In this document: one piece after another, positions 29,201 through 43,476 of the stretch | Layout of the letters: the number at the start of each line of letters is the position of its first letter | Numbering within the stretch: position 1 is the first letter of the stretch | Origin: Paraspadella gotoi | Taxonomy: Eukaryota > Animalia > Chaetognatha | Direction of reading: 5' to 3' | Assembly: GCA_051294375.1 (NCBI GenBank) | Contig: CM119266.1 | Location: 1,183,554-1,247,553 of the forward strand | Length of the DNA: 64,000 nt | The notes under the pieces: model-generated | Databases searched by the model: none | Seen by the model: the letters and a program-made list of their open reading frames with translations, nothing else | Told to the model about the DNA's origin: nothing | Program-made: the position numbers and the translations under genes

Positions 29201-32200
29201 CGAAAACGTCGACCTATGGATCAAACGTGTCGATGCCGCGTACATCCGCGCAAATACCGTCTCTCCCAAGGAAAATTATTTGCTTATCTAGAAGATAAAT
29301 TCAGCGTCGATTTCAACCACGCATCAACGCCTTCCTGTACGGCGCGCCAACGGCTGAAAGATGGGATGATTTCATTCGATACCTCCGTTGTGAGTACGGA
29401 CGCACGAAATCACAACAAGCGGCGTCGCTCATCGATGGAACCCGCCGTGAAGGACGCCGCCCATCGCAGCTCTTGGCCATGATGAAGGAAAAGGCCGGTG
29501 ACGTCACTGTTGACGACATCCTGAAGGAGTGGTTACTCCGAGAACTCCCAGTCGACGTTCACGAAACCTCGCCGAACGTGTGGAGACTTTAGATGCCGAA
29601 ACTACGGCTAAATTTGCCGACTCGTATTTCAACAAGGACGGTCAACCTCTCCACGCCGGAAACTCGATCAACGCAGCAGTTCCACCATTGATGCACAGAG
29701 CTTGCAACGACGACGCCGACCCAATCAACGCCGTCAACACACGATCGTCGACGCCACTTCCAGCGCCGAAAAAACCTTTCACCAAACCCTTCACAAACCG
29801 ACAAACTTTGGCATCAAATGCAACATCTGCCCCCAGCCAAGCCAAGACGACTTCAGTGCAGATATGTTTTTATCATCGAAAGCATGGCGACGCTGCCCGG
29901 CGTTGTGAAACTGGCTGTTACCGTCAACAATCGGAAAACGGAAGGGCCGGAGCTCGGAGGTGAACGCCGTTCAGCCCGGCCCAAATGATTTTGAAAATTC
30001 GCCTCTCTTATACGTTCACGACACAAACAATAAATTACGATGGTTAGTAGACGGCGGCGCATGGTCTCAATTTTACCTCCACTGCAGCTGAGAGGGTTAA
30101 GGGACCACACCAACACATTTCGCGCTGCCAATGGCACCAACATCTCATGCTATGGATACAAAAACTTACTTATCAATCTCGATGGCAAGGAATTTCCATT
30201 TGCAGTAACCATAGCCGATGTTTCACCAACCGCTATTAGGCGCTGATTTTTTGGCAGAGCATTACCTTGCTCCAAACCATCGAGATCACGAGCTCATCGA
30301 CCTTAGGGATTACACAACCATAGTTTCTACCCCGTGCATTAAAAACACAAAACAATACCTTACGTGTCAATTTCGTTGATCAAGCCAATGACCCATATTA
30401 TCAACTCTTAGATCAGTATCCCGACCTTTGCATCCCTTCTTTCCAACCCCGCGAGCCAAAACATGGAGTCAAACATTATATCCCTACACAGGGATCAACC
30501 CGTCCAGTCCCGTGCTCGGCGACTCTCTCCGGAGAAATTGAAGGTCGCCCGCGAGAGCTGGAAAAACTTTGCGAGCTCGGAATTGCCCGCCGTGCCAAGA
30601 GCGAGTGGGCGTCCGCCACTTCTCGTCGTAAATAAACCAGATGGTGGCTACAGGGTTTGTGGCGATTTTCGGCGCCTCATAACGTCACCATAGACGATAA
30701 ATATCCAGTAAAAACACTCAATGACTTTAATGCAAACCTTTCGGGAAAACATATTTTCAGTAAAATTGATTTACTGAAAGGTTACCATCAGATTCCGGTA
30801 GCCGAGGACGACGTCAAGAAAACGGGCGTCATTACACCATTTGGCCTCTTTGTTTTTCCCGAACCCCATTCGGCCTGAAAAACGCCGGCCAAGATTTTCA
30901 GCGCCTGATGATGAATCTTGGCCGACCTCCCACACGTTTTCGTCTACATTGAGATATACTGGTGGCCTCAACATCCCCTTCCAGAACACAAACAACACCT
31001 TAAGGAAGTTTTCGACACGCTCCACGAGAATGGTTTAGTAGTGAACCGCAAGAAGTGTGTTTTTTGGAAAACCAGAATTAGAGTTTCTCGGTTATAAAGT
31101 CAATGCTCAGGGCATCTCCCACTCCCTGAAAGAGTCACTGCAATCACTGAGACGAAACCTCCAACGACAGTCAAAGAATTACAAAGGTTCTTAGGAATGA
31201 TAAATTATTATAGAAGATTCATTCCCGCTCAGCTCATCACTTATTCCATCTGTTTGATGCTCTCAAAAGCAAACCAAAAACCCTAGTGGACGACCGACCG
31301 ACAACAAGCTTTCGAGGCCATCAAACAAGCCCTTGCTCAAGCAACCATGCTTCGTCATCCACGCCCAGGCGCCCAGCTGGCTGTTACATCGGATGCCTCC
31401 AATACAGCAATTGGAGCCGTTTTAGAAACAGAGAGGTCCGCAAGGCTGGGAGCCCTCTCATTCTTTTCGGCTAAACTCATAAAAACCAACAGCAATGGCC
31501 GCCTTTTGATCGAGAATTGTTGGCAGCTTTCCGCGCCATCAGACATTTCCGTCCCATGATCGAGGGCTGCCTTTTCACCCTATACACCGATCAACAAATC
31601 GTTAGTGCCGGCCCTCGCCAAGAAAATCGGAGCCTCACACAGCTCGACAGACCTACCAATTGAGCGAATAGCGGAATATACCACAGATATCCGTTACTTA
31701 GCCGGCAAAGCCAATGTCGTCGCGGATCAGCTTTCAAAGACCGACCACAATGACTCAAGAACCACCTGCCGACACCCTCCTCCTCCTCCCTCTTTCCCCA
31801 CCCTTCCCCTCTTTTTCCCCTTTTTCCAGCTCTCAATCGAACCCAACGCCTATCGCCGTTTCCTCAATCGACAAACCCGTCCAAGAAGAGAAACTTGACG
31901 ATTTTGCAAAAAACAGTTTCATCAATTCTCCCTTACGGCATTGATTTGACCGCCCTCGCCGCCGATCAACTCTCGACGCCCGATTTCATTAGCATCTCCC
32001 AGGAAGCCAGGACTGGACTCCGTTTCCGCCGAATCCCCTTGGGCAACTCCGAGATCGTCGTCGACGTAAGCAATGGCCCTTGCAGACCTTTTGTCCCTTT
32101 TTCTTGGCGGCGTCGAGTTTTCGACGCTGTCCACAACCTTGGCCATCCCGGTGTCGAGCGCACTCGACAGACTATCTCTCAACGATTCGTTTGGCCATCA

Positions 32201-35200
32201 ATGCGATCAGATGTATCGAAATGGGCCCGAGCATGCCATGATTGCCAAAGAGCCAAAGTAACAAAGAATACAATACCAGAATTTGGCAAATTTGAACTTC
32301 CCAACCGCCGTTTTTCCCAATCCATGCTGATCTGGTCACTCTCCCCATATCAAATGGATATAAATATGTCCTAACAATAGTCGACCGATTCACAAGGTGG
32401 CCCACGGCAATTCCAATTAAAGATATGACCGCTCAAACTGTCATTGATGCCTTGAGCGCACGTTTGGATAGCGTCTTTCGGCGTCCCCGGCGACAATCAC
32501 CACAGATCGCGGCGCCCAGTTTCAGTCCGCCTCGTGGAAAACAGCTCCTGAAATCATGGGGCATTCAGCACAACTCGACAACCTCATATCATCCGCAATC
32601 GAACGGTTTAGTCGAACGATTCCATCGGCGATTAAAGAATCTTTGATTGCCCTCGGCAACGCGCCACGACAAATGGTACTGGCGATTGCCGTGCTCACTC
32701 CATCGCTATTAGGACAACTCTAAAACCTGACGTGCGGAGCCTCTCCCGCTGAACTTGTTTACGGCGAGGCGATAGCCATCCAGGAGACTTACTTCCGTCC
32801 CAGACCGGAAATGACGCCGCTGAATCACGTCAGCGTCGACAAACTCTCGCCAATCTTCGCCTGGAAGTTTCGCGCCTCCAGCCTCAACCTACATCGACTC
32901 ACAGAGAACCGCGTACTTATATCCAAACTCTCTTCGACACTCCGCTTTCGTCTACGTGAGGCGTGGCGGCATCAAACGCCCCCCTCACGGCTCCTTACCT
33001 CGGCCCATACCGAGTACTAGCGCGCGACGAACTAACCTACAAAATCGAAATTCCCCCGGGCGAGGAAACGAGAATGTTTCCATTTCTCGTTTAAAACCCT
33101 TGGGAGGCGCGGAACGAGAACGAGGGCATCATACGGCGGCGTCAACGACGAAATCGACGTCCCCACCCTTCTCCTCCCCTCGCGCCGCCTCGCGGCCGGC
33201 GACCGGCTTACGAACTCGAAACGTTTCTCCATCAACTAGAACTCTTCGACCACGAAACGTGAAAAACTTATCCGCACATGTTGTCCACCCTCCGCCTCCG
33301 GCTCCGCCATCGACCTCCTCCACCTTCCGACACTCCTTCCGCTAGAATCCGCCGAAAACTGCATTCAAACTGATAAAACGGTGCCAGAAAGCAAAAATAA
33401 ACACAACGTAAACAACGATGTAAACAAAGATTCAAAACAATCCGATCTCATCGCCCCCATCACAACAACAAAGAAAGCGAGTGCGATTTCGTTCGAAAGC
33501 GTTACTTCCCCCACGTTTTCCCCCGCCTTTCCACTCCCTCCTTCCCCCTCCAAAAATCTCCCTCAACAATTCTCCAGCCCCTCGTACTCCCGAAAGTTTT
33601 TTCGTGGCGAGCAAATCGACAAAGAACAGGGCGCCAATCACGTTACGTCAACACAGCGCTCTTACGCGCCGTTCTTAGCCCAGATCATGCGCGATCTCAA
33701 CGAGACTCACCCTGCAACCGAATCGAACTACTCCAATGAAACGGATCAGTCAAACAAAACTTTATTCTTCCCTGTTTAAGTAATCTTTACTTAAATCGTT
33801 AAACTTTAATTTTTAATTGTTTCCAATCTCTCTTCAATCTTAAAAACGCTTTACTCGTTATAGTAAATCGTTATTGTTTACAAACAAATCCATACGTTAT
33901 GTTTACATCCATCCACCGGCAACGTAATCCATACGTTATATTTTTAACAAAAACAAACCCATAATTACCAAAAGCATCGATTTTTAATTCAAATCAAAGT
34001 AATTCGAAGTAATTTTTCCATCTCGAATTATCCGTAATCAATTTTTCCCTTTTTCCTTATAGACATGATGTTAATAGTAGTTAAACACAACATGTGTTAC
34101 TTTTTAGTAGAATTTTATATTACGAAATTTGGAAGCCTTTTATATTTAGACAAATACGTGCTAAAACTTTTACCCCCGTTTTTATCTGGGGGGCATGTAG
34201 CTTCCAAAACCTGGCACCAAAATTATTTTAAATCATTCGCCGTCTTTTGTTCCCGATATATCACATAGATTAATATGGCTCCCTCCTGTGATTAATCCTT
34301 TATTATTTACCTTTCATCTTGGCTCTATATTCCGATGTTCTCTTCAGTCTTCGATTTTATCTCGTTGCCAGGGTGTTTCCTCTAAATATTACATATATAT
34401 ATATAAATAAATTATACGTATCTCATTTTAGTAATCTTAATCTTAATCTTATCTTAGTCTTCACTCTGCAGTCCATTTCATTCGTGAAATTAACATAACG
34501 AATAATCGCGAATCTCAGCGCACAACCGACGGCACCGGCCCTCATTCTTTCACCCGCTTGGAGTTTTGTTTGTAACGAACGGTGGATACGAAAGCAGATC
34601 CAACAGTTCCTCAACGAAGATGACTACGACGCCAAACGTTTGTTGGAGGTCGAGTCGACGGAAGCGGCAATGGAGGCACAGGAAGCCAAAAACAAAAGGG
34701 ACATCAAGAAGAAACAAAAGGTAAGAAAGGACTTCAAATATCCAGAGGAAAACGCCCAATAAGGGACTCGAACCCTTGACCCTCAGATTAAAAGTCTGAT
34801 GCTCTACCGACTGAGCTAACCGGGCATTCTAATGGGGCTTTAAGGGAGGGAGGAAAGGAAAGTGAAAAAAAGACATTTTTTAAGTCTGAAGAAAAAAAAA
34901 ATACAATCTAAAATTATAAAATAATGAATTAACAAAAATACTTACGTTACCGCTTCGTACGTGCCAAAAATGATCCTATTTTTATAATTAGTTCCTCACC
35001 TCCCACCCTAACTCCCGTCCCACCACACCTCAAACCACCACACCCACAACCAACCCACAATCACCCCCCTAACCACCCCAGTTCCTCCACGACCTTCAAA
35101 CGACGATCGAAACTCGCGTCCGTCAAAATTCCGAAATCGAATCCGAGGTCGAGAAACGAAACGTCGACGTCAACGAGCGACGTCAGGTGACCGACGCTGA

Positions 35201-35372
35201 AGCTCCGGCGCTGCGGCGTCTCCTGGCGCGGCGCCGGTGCCGCGGCTTCGCCGAACGGAGCCGCTTGGTCGAGCTGGCCAAGGCCAAGTCGCAGGAGGTC
35301 GCCGTTCTCAGGATGGAGGTGGAGCGGCTCAGGATGAGGACCTTTCCCGCGCTGGTGCAGGTGGAGTTGTGA
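15336..35372 (+). CDS. CFAP43: Cilia- and flagella-associated protein 43 (WDR96), about 25 exons
   Basis: N-terminal [21 protein letters not shown]40-type exons, [46 protein letters not shown] and C-terminal [15 protein letters not shown]. Confidence 0.9.
17858..17958. repeat. (TAA)n microsatellite; other simple repeats include (GA)n at 483-547 and 63836-63932, (CT)n at 7526-7602 and 39988-40076, and (ATATC)n at 16537-16598
   Basis: Visible directly in the sequence. Confidence 0.95.
27399..27472 (+). tRNA. tRNA-Thr(AGT)
   Basis: GGCGCCA...CCTGT-CT-AGT-AA-ACAGG...GTTCGAATC...TGGTGCCT cloverleaf followed by TTTT. Confidence 0.95.
27561..27650 (+). tRNA. Elongator tRNA-Met(CAT) with a 17-nt intron (27598-27614)
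   Basis: GCCTCGGTAGCGCAGTAGGCAGCGCGTCAGTCTCATA-[atgaacctccaagggaa]-ATCTGAAGGTCGTGAGTTCGATCCTCACCCGGGGCA; the intron is at the canonical 37/38 position. Confidence 0.92.
28238..28311 (+). tRNA. tRNA-Arg(ACG), with one extra A in the anticodon loop
   Basis: GGCCTTGTGGCGCAATGGATAACGCGTCTGACTACGGAATCAGAAGATTCCAGGTTCGAATCCTGGCAAGGTCG with a poly-T terminator. Confidence 0.9.
28351..34393 (+). mobile_element. Full-length Ty3/Gypsy LTR retrotransposon (CsRN1/Kabuki-like, CHCC Gag knuckle)
   Basis: LTRs 28351-28542 and 34196-34393 (TGTAG...TACA), PBS TGGTGAGCCC at 28546, PPT GGGGGG before the 3' LTR, TATA flanks in a (TA)n tract. Confidence 0.95.
29087..33110 (+). CDS. Gag-Pol of the Gypsy element (many frameshifts; assembly errors or decay)
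   Basis: Gag [18 protein letters not shown]; protease LVDGGA; [29 protein letters not shown]; RNase [13 protein letters not shown]; integrase [25 protein letters not shown]. Confidence 0.9.
34753..34825 (-). tRNA. tRNA-Lys(TTT)
   Basis: Reverse complement GCCCGGTTAGCTCAGTCGGTAGAGCATCAGACTTTTAATCTGAGGGTCAAGGGTTCGAGTCCCTTATTGGGCG. Confidence 0.95.
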
Positions 35373-35727
35373 GGAGCTGGAGTGGATATAATGGGAGATG
35401 AGTTGGAGCCGGGGGGGAGATGGTAGGAGTGGAGCGCGGCGTGAGGTGTTAGCAGAGGAGCTGAAATGTATCGTAACTATTTATTTCTCCCAAGCACATT
35501 TTGATTGTCGACAATTCCAACTTTTCATTTGTTCGCGAAATTTTGAAATAAAATCATCGGTTTGTGACACATGGACCCTTTTATCATATCAATATGTATT
35601 TTGTCATCGTGTAAACTAAGGGAAGTGAGTCCATTGGAGATTGGATTGGATACGAGATGAATGCAGTCTTACAATTTTTGCAATTGTTCGTTCAGACTCG
35701 TATTTAGTACGTAAAGTATATACTATG

Positions 35728-35922
35728 GTGGACATTGGTGCCGGAGGCAAATCATTCGCCTCACAACCCAAAGGTCCGGGGTTTTAGCCCAGTGGCCGCC
35801 TAGCAGTTAAGAGGGACGGGGCGCTTAACCCGCCTGTAACACGGTGTTACAGCCTGATCCGAAGCTCAGGGACTGCTTATATTGAACGGTTCTATCACTC
35901 ATAACAATAATTACTGTCTCTT
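35728..35922 (+). mobile_element. tRNA-derived SINE, full-length copy 2, with twister-like ribozyme at 35803-35876
   Basis: Near-identical to 4820-5019; possible 7-bp TSD ATACTAT. Confidence 0.8.
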
Positions 35923-38878
35923 AAATACTATATATAATGAATGATGATAAGGTATGCGAAACGAATTAGTATAAAAAATGTAATGGAGATGCGATACTAT
36001 ATTGTATATCATTGTCGTGCACCATAATCGACGAATGCTTAAATGTTGAATTGCATTAAAAACATATTCATGAACTTAGTGTATAGTTTATTTTTTCAAG
36101 GGTCACTATTCAGTACTAGAATCATTGAAATCGCTTTTATGGCGCTAGAAAAGTAACTCAAATAAAACAAATAATCTCAACTTCAACTCGTAAAAACTAA
36201 ATAAATTTGGATGAAAAAGTTGCGTTCAATTTGAAATGTCTTGACGAATTAAACAAGTTTGAACAAACAACGATAATACGTGGATAATACGTTGCGTTTA
36301 CTTAAACTTAATATTTATTGTTTGTGGAGTATAATCATTTCTTTCGTTGTGTGTTTGATTATGAAAAAAGTTTGATTTAATTTCAACAGCGATTTGTTTT
36401 TATTTAAAAAACGTATATGTTTCGGCTTTTCATTTCATTTTGAGCTCTATCTTAATTCTTAAACTTTCACTTTATCTCTCACTTATCTATCCCTCAACAA
36501 AATCTATCTTTTCAAAATTTCAAATATTTCTCTTTCAACTTCACTTATTTTTAGTAAGATTAATTGTTAAAAATATTCACTATTATTTCATCAGTTTCAA
36601 ATCTTTATCATTGTTGTACATTGCATAATGTAAATTTCCCCATTCCCTCTCTCTCTCTCTCTCTTTCTCACACCATTTTCATTCTTTTTCACAACTTATT
36701 CTGTCCGTCCTTATCTTTTGACCTGTCCTCACCAATTGACCACTGTCCTTTCCTCAACTCTGTGTTGGAAACTTTGCCTTGTTTAATAAAAGAGAATCGA
36801 TTACCAAAGCCTTCGCTTATCTTTATTGTATTAAGTTTACTCTTTATTACACAAATTTTAAGGTAAAGAAAAAAAAAGAAAGAAAAAGCCGCGTCTGCTG
36901 ATCTGATAATACTTTTGAAGTTTGGACTCACTTTATCATTAACTTATTAATTTAAAGGTGTGCGAATATAATAACATTTTCTTAGAACAGCGAATAGCGG
37001 AGCGTCCGTTAAAACCTGGAGAACTAATTTTAGAAATCATAGTTTATTATAGTTTAGATTCAAGCTTAGTATTTTTCTTCAGGCTCATATGTTTTTTCCG
37101 TTTACTGTTTAAGCGAAAAGTAAAATACGACGGACAATATATACTAAATACTATTTTCAGAGGCGTTTAAAAGAATTAGGCTTTTTTTTATTTAATCTCA
37201 TAACTAAGAATGAGAACAATGATAGCGCCCACAAAATATCGTCAAAGGATATTAACTTATCATAATTATCAGGCTACAATTATATTATATCTAGAGGGAA
37301 ATCCGAAATCGCCTGATTCTGATTCAAAGTCAGTCTCTTTCTTGTTCCGTCGAACGGCTGCTACTGCAGCCGCACCGTTATCCCTGCCGCTGCTGCGGCG
37401 AGAGAACGAAGTTTGTGAAACGAAAAAAAAAAGCGATAAAATTTCATTTAATTGGCATCGGGGAAGAGAGCCTGATAAAGACGTCACGCCTTGCCTCTCT
37501 TTTAGATTTCTACAGAGTCAGTTATTAAACCATTTTGTGGCGATCAGTATTAATGCATTTTAATTTGCTGGGAAAACAATCCTCACTAAATAAACTGTCA
37601 TATTTTTAATTAATAAAAACAATTTAAAAAAATTTGTACGGACAATTATGAAAAAAAAATGGTAAAGCCCTTTTTTCCTATAGTATTGGGAATATGATTT
37701 ACGCTGGGTCAGATTAAAGATAAAGGAAACATTAAATAAAGTTTTGCTCTTTAAACGGTTAACGGGAGAACAGACGCTTAAGATATTAAAAAAAAAAATT
37801 TAAAAAAAGCTTTAAGGGGACCCAGTGATAAAAATGATATCATAAGCTAAGGGTCTATCATCAAAGGAATTTGAATGTGATAGTATTAATTTTAACTTTG
37901 CACGGGAAAGTGGCAAAAAAATTCCTATCTCTTATTCTAGCGGAACAAAAATTTAATAATTATGAAAAATAAAATTTCGTTACCCTACCTAAATATTTAT
38001 ATAATCCATTATTTTATTTTGCATTAGAAAGTATTTTTTACTAAATTTCCAATTTTTTATTTTTTTACTGTACAAAGCTATAATTTTAGGTTTAAGCCTC
38101 ATTGAACAAGGCTTTACAAGACTAATAATTTTTTTTTATTTTTATATTTACTTAAAAGCAGACAAATCAAACCTAAATTCTATTCTTACAGAAACAAAAC
38201 TATAACTAATTATTAATTAATATTCATAATCATCCCTTAAATGTATAATTAAACTATATTGATTCCTAATTATAACAATTAAAAATTTAGCAAAGTACAG
38301 AATCTTTCTCTTCTTTATATATATTTATATTACTTTAAAGAGTTTATTTTCATCCAATTAACAGAATCATTTGAAAAAAAGTTTAAATAAAATCAGTCAA
38401 TACCTTAAATTTGATTTCATTCCTAGTTTTTTTTTCTTATAAATTTTTATAATAAAAGCTGAAAATCTTTTAAAATTAGATCTTACCCTTTTTTGGAAAA
38501 AAAAATTTTAAACTTGAAAAAGATTTTCTTCTTACTGATTTTTTTAAAGAAAATTAAGCTCGCTGATTTTATCGAATTTTTTAAACTACTTTCCCAAATG
38601 ATTATAGAAGAAAAAGTTATATGGTAAGAACCAGCTTAGTTAAAGGGTCAAACGTTATGTTTTCAGCTTTTTACCCCCCTGTTCACTTGGTCCCCTTAAG
38701 CGATTTAATTTTCCTTTATTTACTTTTATTAACTTTTAATTATTTTTTCATATTTATTTGTATATTAACCCATTTACCATTCGATAGTCTGAAGCACTAC
38801 GGACTCATTTCCTCGTTTCTCCCTTCGCTTAGTTTTCCCCGATTCCAAATTTAAAAAAAACTCGGTGTCCGGGAAAAG

Positions 38879-39985
38879 ATGATCCAACGGGAGAACGGAG
38901 ACAAAATTTTAGGAAAACAAAATCCATTAAAACGGAAAGAATTACAATCGGAATCGTTTTAATCCCAAGTTCGAAGCCTTAGCCACGCCACTTCCCCCTC
39001 ATGCGCGCGCCGGAGGGAAAGCGGACGAGGGTTGGAGGCGGCGTCGGCGGCGGCGGCGGCGGCGTCGGCGGAATTCTTTCAGACAAACCCGAGAATTAAA
39101 TCGTCCGAAACGGAATCGAATCTGCGGCGACAGTTCAATCCCGACGGTTGCGCGAATCGAACGAGTACGTAAGGGAGGGTGCGACTTTTTGCAATTTCCC
39201 AGAAGATATGAGATTTTTTTTTTAGATCTGCAGTTCCTTTAACTCGGACATTTCTACTTTGACAAGACAAAGAATCTGAGTCGCTAATAAACAATTGCCA
39301 CGCTGATATTTTTTTTATTCAATAGGTTTCTTTTCTTTATCTCTTCATATCGCGATTATATTAGGACGGATATTCTCAGGAAAATTCCTTTTAATTTGAC
39401 CTTCTGCCAATCTTAGTCTTCCTTCAAACTCCACACTCCCCAGCCCTCACCCCTTCACCCCCAAGCTATTGTCCGGCTACTCGAGCCAAATTCGAACCAC
39501 ACTCGTCGTCATTTCGGTGGCGCTGATCACGACGCAGTCCGGGCAATACTTTTTCGCCATGAAGACAGTCTGGAACATCCTTCTTCCACTCACCGTCATC
39601 ACGGCGGGTGAGTCAGAGATGGGGGAATGGAGATATAATTTTTTATCCGCATAAAACAAATAATCGATCAGATTAATAAAATCAATCAATCAATAAATCA
39701 ATCATCAATCAATTATTTAAATCAAAAGTCAAAAATCTGAAATATATCTATAAAGCAATAAATCAAGAAATAATTCTCATTTGATCATTATCTATTAATC
39801 AAGCAGTCAACAATCAATACAATCATTTAATCAATCAAATTATCGATTCTTGCAGGACATACAATTCATGCGTCCGCGATCTGCGACCGTTGGATGGCAG
39901 ACTGTGGCGGTTGGACTCTTTTCTCTAAAGGTAAAATAAAAACATATAAAACAAACAAAGAAACTAATGAAAATATCGATCCCGA

Positions 39986-40078
<93 letters not shown>

Positions 40079-43000
40079 GCGCTTCGCCACACCACCAAGA
40101 TTCCCGGTACTCGTGTACGGTCTTCGCCTGCTCATCACCGCCCCGTTCAAACTAATGGGGATTCAACGTCGCCAGGCAAAGACTGGGACGCGAAGTCGGC
40201 GGAATCAAGCGCGACTCAAAAGGTGAGTGAAGTGAGGTAAGGAAATGATCGGAGCAATTCTTTAAGTCAATTTTTGGGTCGGTCGGTCGGTCTGTTTTAA
40301 ATACTAATAGCTTTGGCTATACTTACTTGGTAGAAAGGTTACATACTATGATATGCGCAGTGATTCTTTTGTAATAGAAATCGAAATATAAATTATAAAA
40401 TATTTTTCGGTAACAAAACATGTTTTATAAAAAAGTATATAGATAAGTATATAAATAGTTTTTACATAATAATAACCGCGAGGATTCTCAGGAGAGCATA
40501 CGGAACTGTCTTGTCGCAAGAGGAATCATCGATGTTGACGACGACGACGACGTGAAGGAGCTCTTGATCCCTGTGACGGCGACGACGCTGACCGGATGTG
40601 GTGGAGTCACGTCATCGAGACAGCCGTCGCAGTCAAAGTCGGCGAAACAGAGAAAGTTCGTCGCCATTTACAGGTTGGAAGATTTCACTCTCAAAAAACT
40701 CGGATGCAATCCGATCGGAGTTCCATCTAAATTTTCTCCTTGGCTCTCTTCAGAACCATTCCTCTCCGATTGGTCTCTCGCGTTTGGGGTCGCCTGATGC
40801 AACTGCCTCTGCCTAAGCCGCTGAGGAAGCCGGTCTTCCTTTTCTTCGCCTCCGTCACCGGATGCAATTGGATGTGGGAATGATCGAAGAAATTATGGAT
40901 TAATGCTTTTTTATATATATGATAACGATTGGTAATAACTAACTAAACTCAGTTACCAACTAATTAACCCTAAATGAAATTATTAACATTAAATGATAAT
41001 AGTAACTTATACTGCCAAAAATTCCCTTCGTCCAAGAGGTCGACTCGACGTTTCCGCCTACGCGTCTCTCGGCGAATTCTTCCGGCGTAGTGAAGCCGGA
41101 ATCATCGGCCGATCGACGAAGCGGGCGCTGGGTGACGTCGCCGGCGGACGGACGGTGGTCACGGCCGGACGAGTGAGAGCGGAGAGTTGAGCAGATCAAG
41201 GGTGAGGTTTTTGGGGACTGGGGACTGGGGACTGGGGACGGGGTTGGGGATGGGGTGTTGGGCGGGAGAGAGAAAAGGATGTTAGGTGGAATGAGATTTG
41301 AAAAAAACAGTTGGTGCATTTCTAGTCATTGATTTGTAATTTTCATAATCACGGTTTTTCTGTCTCCCTGAGATTAGTTTATCAACTTGTTAAATAAAAG
41401 CTATGAACGGAACATTGGTTATTTGAATGGAGATATGATTGATTGATGATATCACTAATTAAATTATTACGTAAATGCTGGTTTTCTAATAACCGCTCTT
41501 TATATCTGTATTGATGCAAAGCATAATTTGATATTTTTTTGGGGCTCTAATGAATGCGCCAGCGTCACTTTATTCGCTTCACGAATTCTTGGGCCACATC
41601 ACTTGGAATCTCCCGTTCGAAGATGTCGACGACGAGACGGTGACGATGTATCAAGCCGTAACGATGACGGCGACGACGACGCTGACGACGACGACGCCTC
41701 AGTTAACGAATTTCGATATCCATAAAGACTCGACGCCTCCGAACGACGCAATAGACCCGGAACCTGTTGAGACGGCTGTCCAGGCCAAGACTCAACGCTG
41801 ATCAGACTTCGTTTGGATCGAGATGGCTGGGCTGGGCCGAGTCTCGCCAGAGAGGACCGAGGTGTCGACGCCCTTCCCGGATGCGGCGTCCACGATGAAG
41901 GTGTCGATGGAGTCGCCGAGGATACGGTGGGGATCCAGCATCGACGAGGGTCATGGTGGAAGACGACGACGAACGACGACGTCCAAGTCTGTCGCCAGTA
42001 TCGCGACCGGCTTTGCTTGAAGTTGCCTCGTATGGTGATTGATTGACTGATCGATGATTGGATGACTGGTCGTGGTGGCAACTTCACAACTTGATCGTTT
42101 ATTTGTTGAAAGATTTATTCATCGGTTGACTGATTGATTCATTGAATGATAATTGATTGCTTGATGTAGTGTTTGATGGACTGATTGGTTGATTATTTAA
42201 AATACTGTTAAATTTCCGTGTTAAAGAACCTTTGAGTTGAGACTAAAAAAAAAAAATACAATCTCCATCTCGATCATCCATTCAATTTTTCATAAGCCTC
42301 GTCGACTCACCGTCTGTATCACCTGTCGTCTATCTCGCGCCGGGTGATTCACCGATTTCATTCGCCCGTCGACCGGACCGTCACCTATCGACGTCACGTC
42401 CCGGTGAGATTCACGGATAAAGAACATAAGAAAAAGGTCGGTCAATCAATCTTTAACATACCATTCAATTAATCCCGATTCTATTAATCAATCATTCAAT
42501 TAATTAATCAATAATAATGCATTCATTCAGTCAGTCTATAATCAATCACATCCATCAGGCGATCTCTTCAGCGTTCCCCACGCGTGTCCCGCCTGATCGC
42601 CGGGCCTGTTCAACTCAACGAACGCCGTTGTCTACGCGGATTCTGGCGCCACGGGTTCTTCTCGCTGACGGCGGTCGGCGCCACCGGCGTCGGTTCCATC
42701 CGCACCCGGATCGACCGGCGCTCTCGACCACCAGTGGAAGTGGGATCCGAGGAAGGAAGCCTATTTGGACCGAGACTTGTGGCCGGTGAAGGAGTTGTTG
42801 TTGTTGTGTTTTTTTTTTGTTGTTTTCGTCGACATTAAAAAAGGATCTTACGTGAAAAATGTCGGAATTACATTCGTAATTACAATTTTGTTCATCTACG
42901 ATTCAAAACCCGACGATTAGAGGCCGGTAGGCTCAACTTTGAGTATTCACGCTTTACAGAAAAAACAAATGAACTTAAGTTTGAATCCCCTCAATAGAGG

Positions 43001-43476
43001 GCTCTATCTCTTCTCTGACGCTCACAAGATAATAATAATATAACGGAAGTCAACAGCTTTCAATTAAGAAATCTTTCATAGTCTACGTCATTTATTCACC
43101 TGGTTTCCCTATATTAAAAGTGGTATATGATATTTTAAGAACTGTTTTACAACTTTTAGTCTTTAAAAGAACGACTCCCTTAAGCATTAAATCGTAATTG
43201 AATTCTTGATCCGAACTCATCATCCTAAACTTTTCCTCACCCTCTCCCACTTTGACTTCCCAGAGTCGGGCTCCGGCGTCCCCGTCAGAAAATGAGGAAT
43301 TGGCGAATTCAATTTGGGATCGACGATCGTTTTTGATCTTCGAGCGCCGATCGACTGTCCGGTTTCGAGTTGCGACGGAAAGCGGGTCAAGTTCGGTCAA
43401 GGAGTCGGCGTCGGGCCGCGGCGCCTTGGCGAGCGGCGCTGTTGAGCCAAGCGCCGCGGACGCCGGCACTGCTTAG
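38879..43476 (+). CDS. PISD: Phosphatidylserine decarboxylase, copy 1 (indel-rich; 5' exons uncertain)
   Basis: [62 protein letters not shown] (LGST autocleavage motif). Confidence 0.85.
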
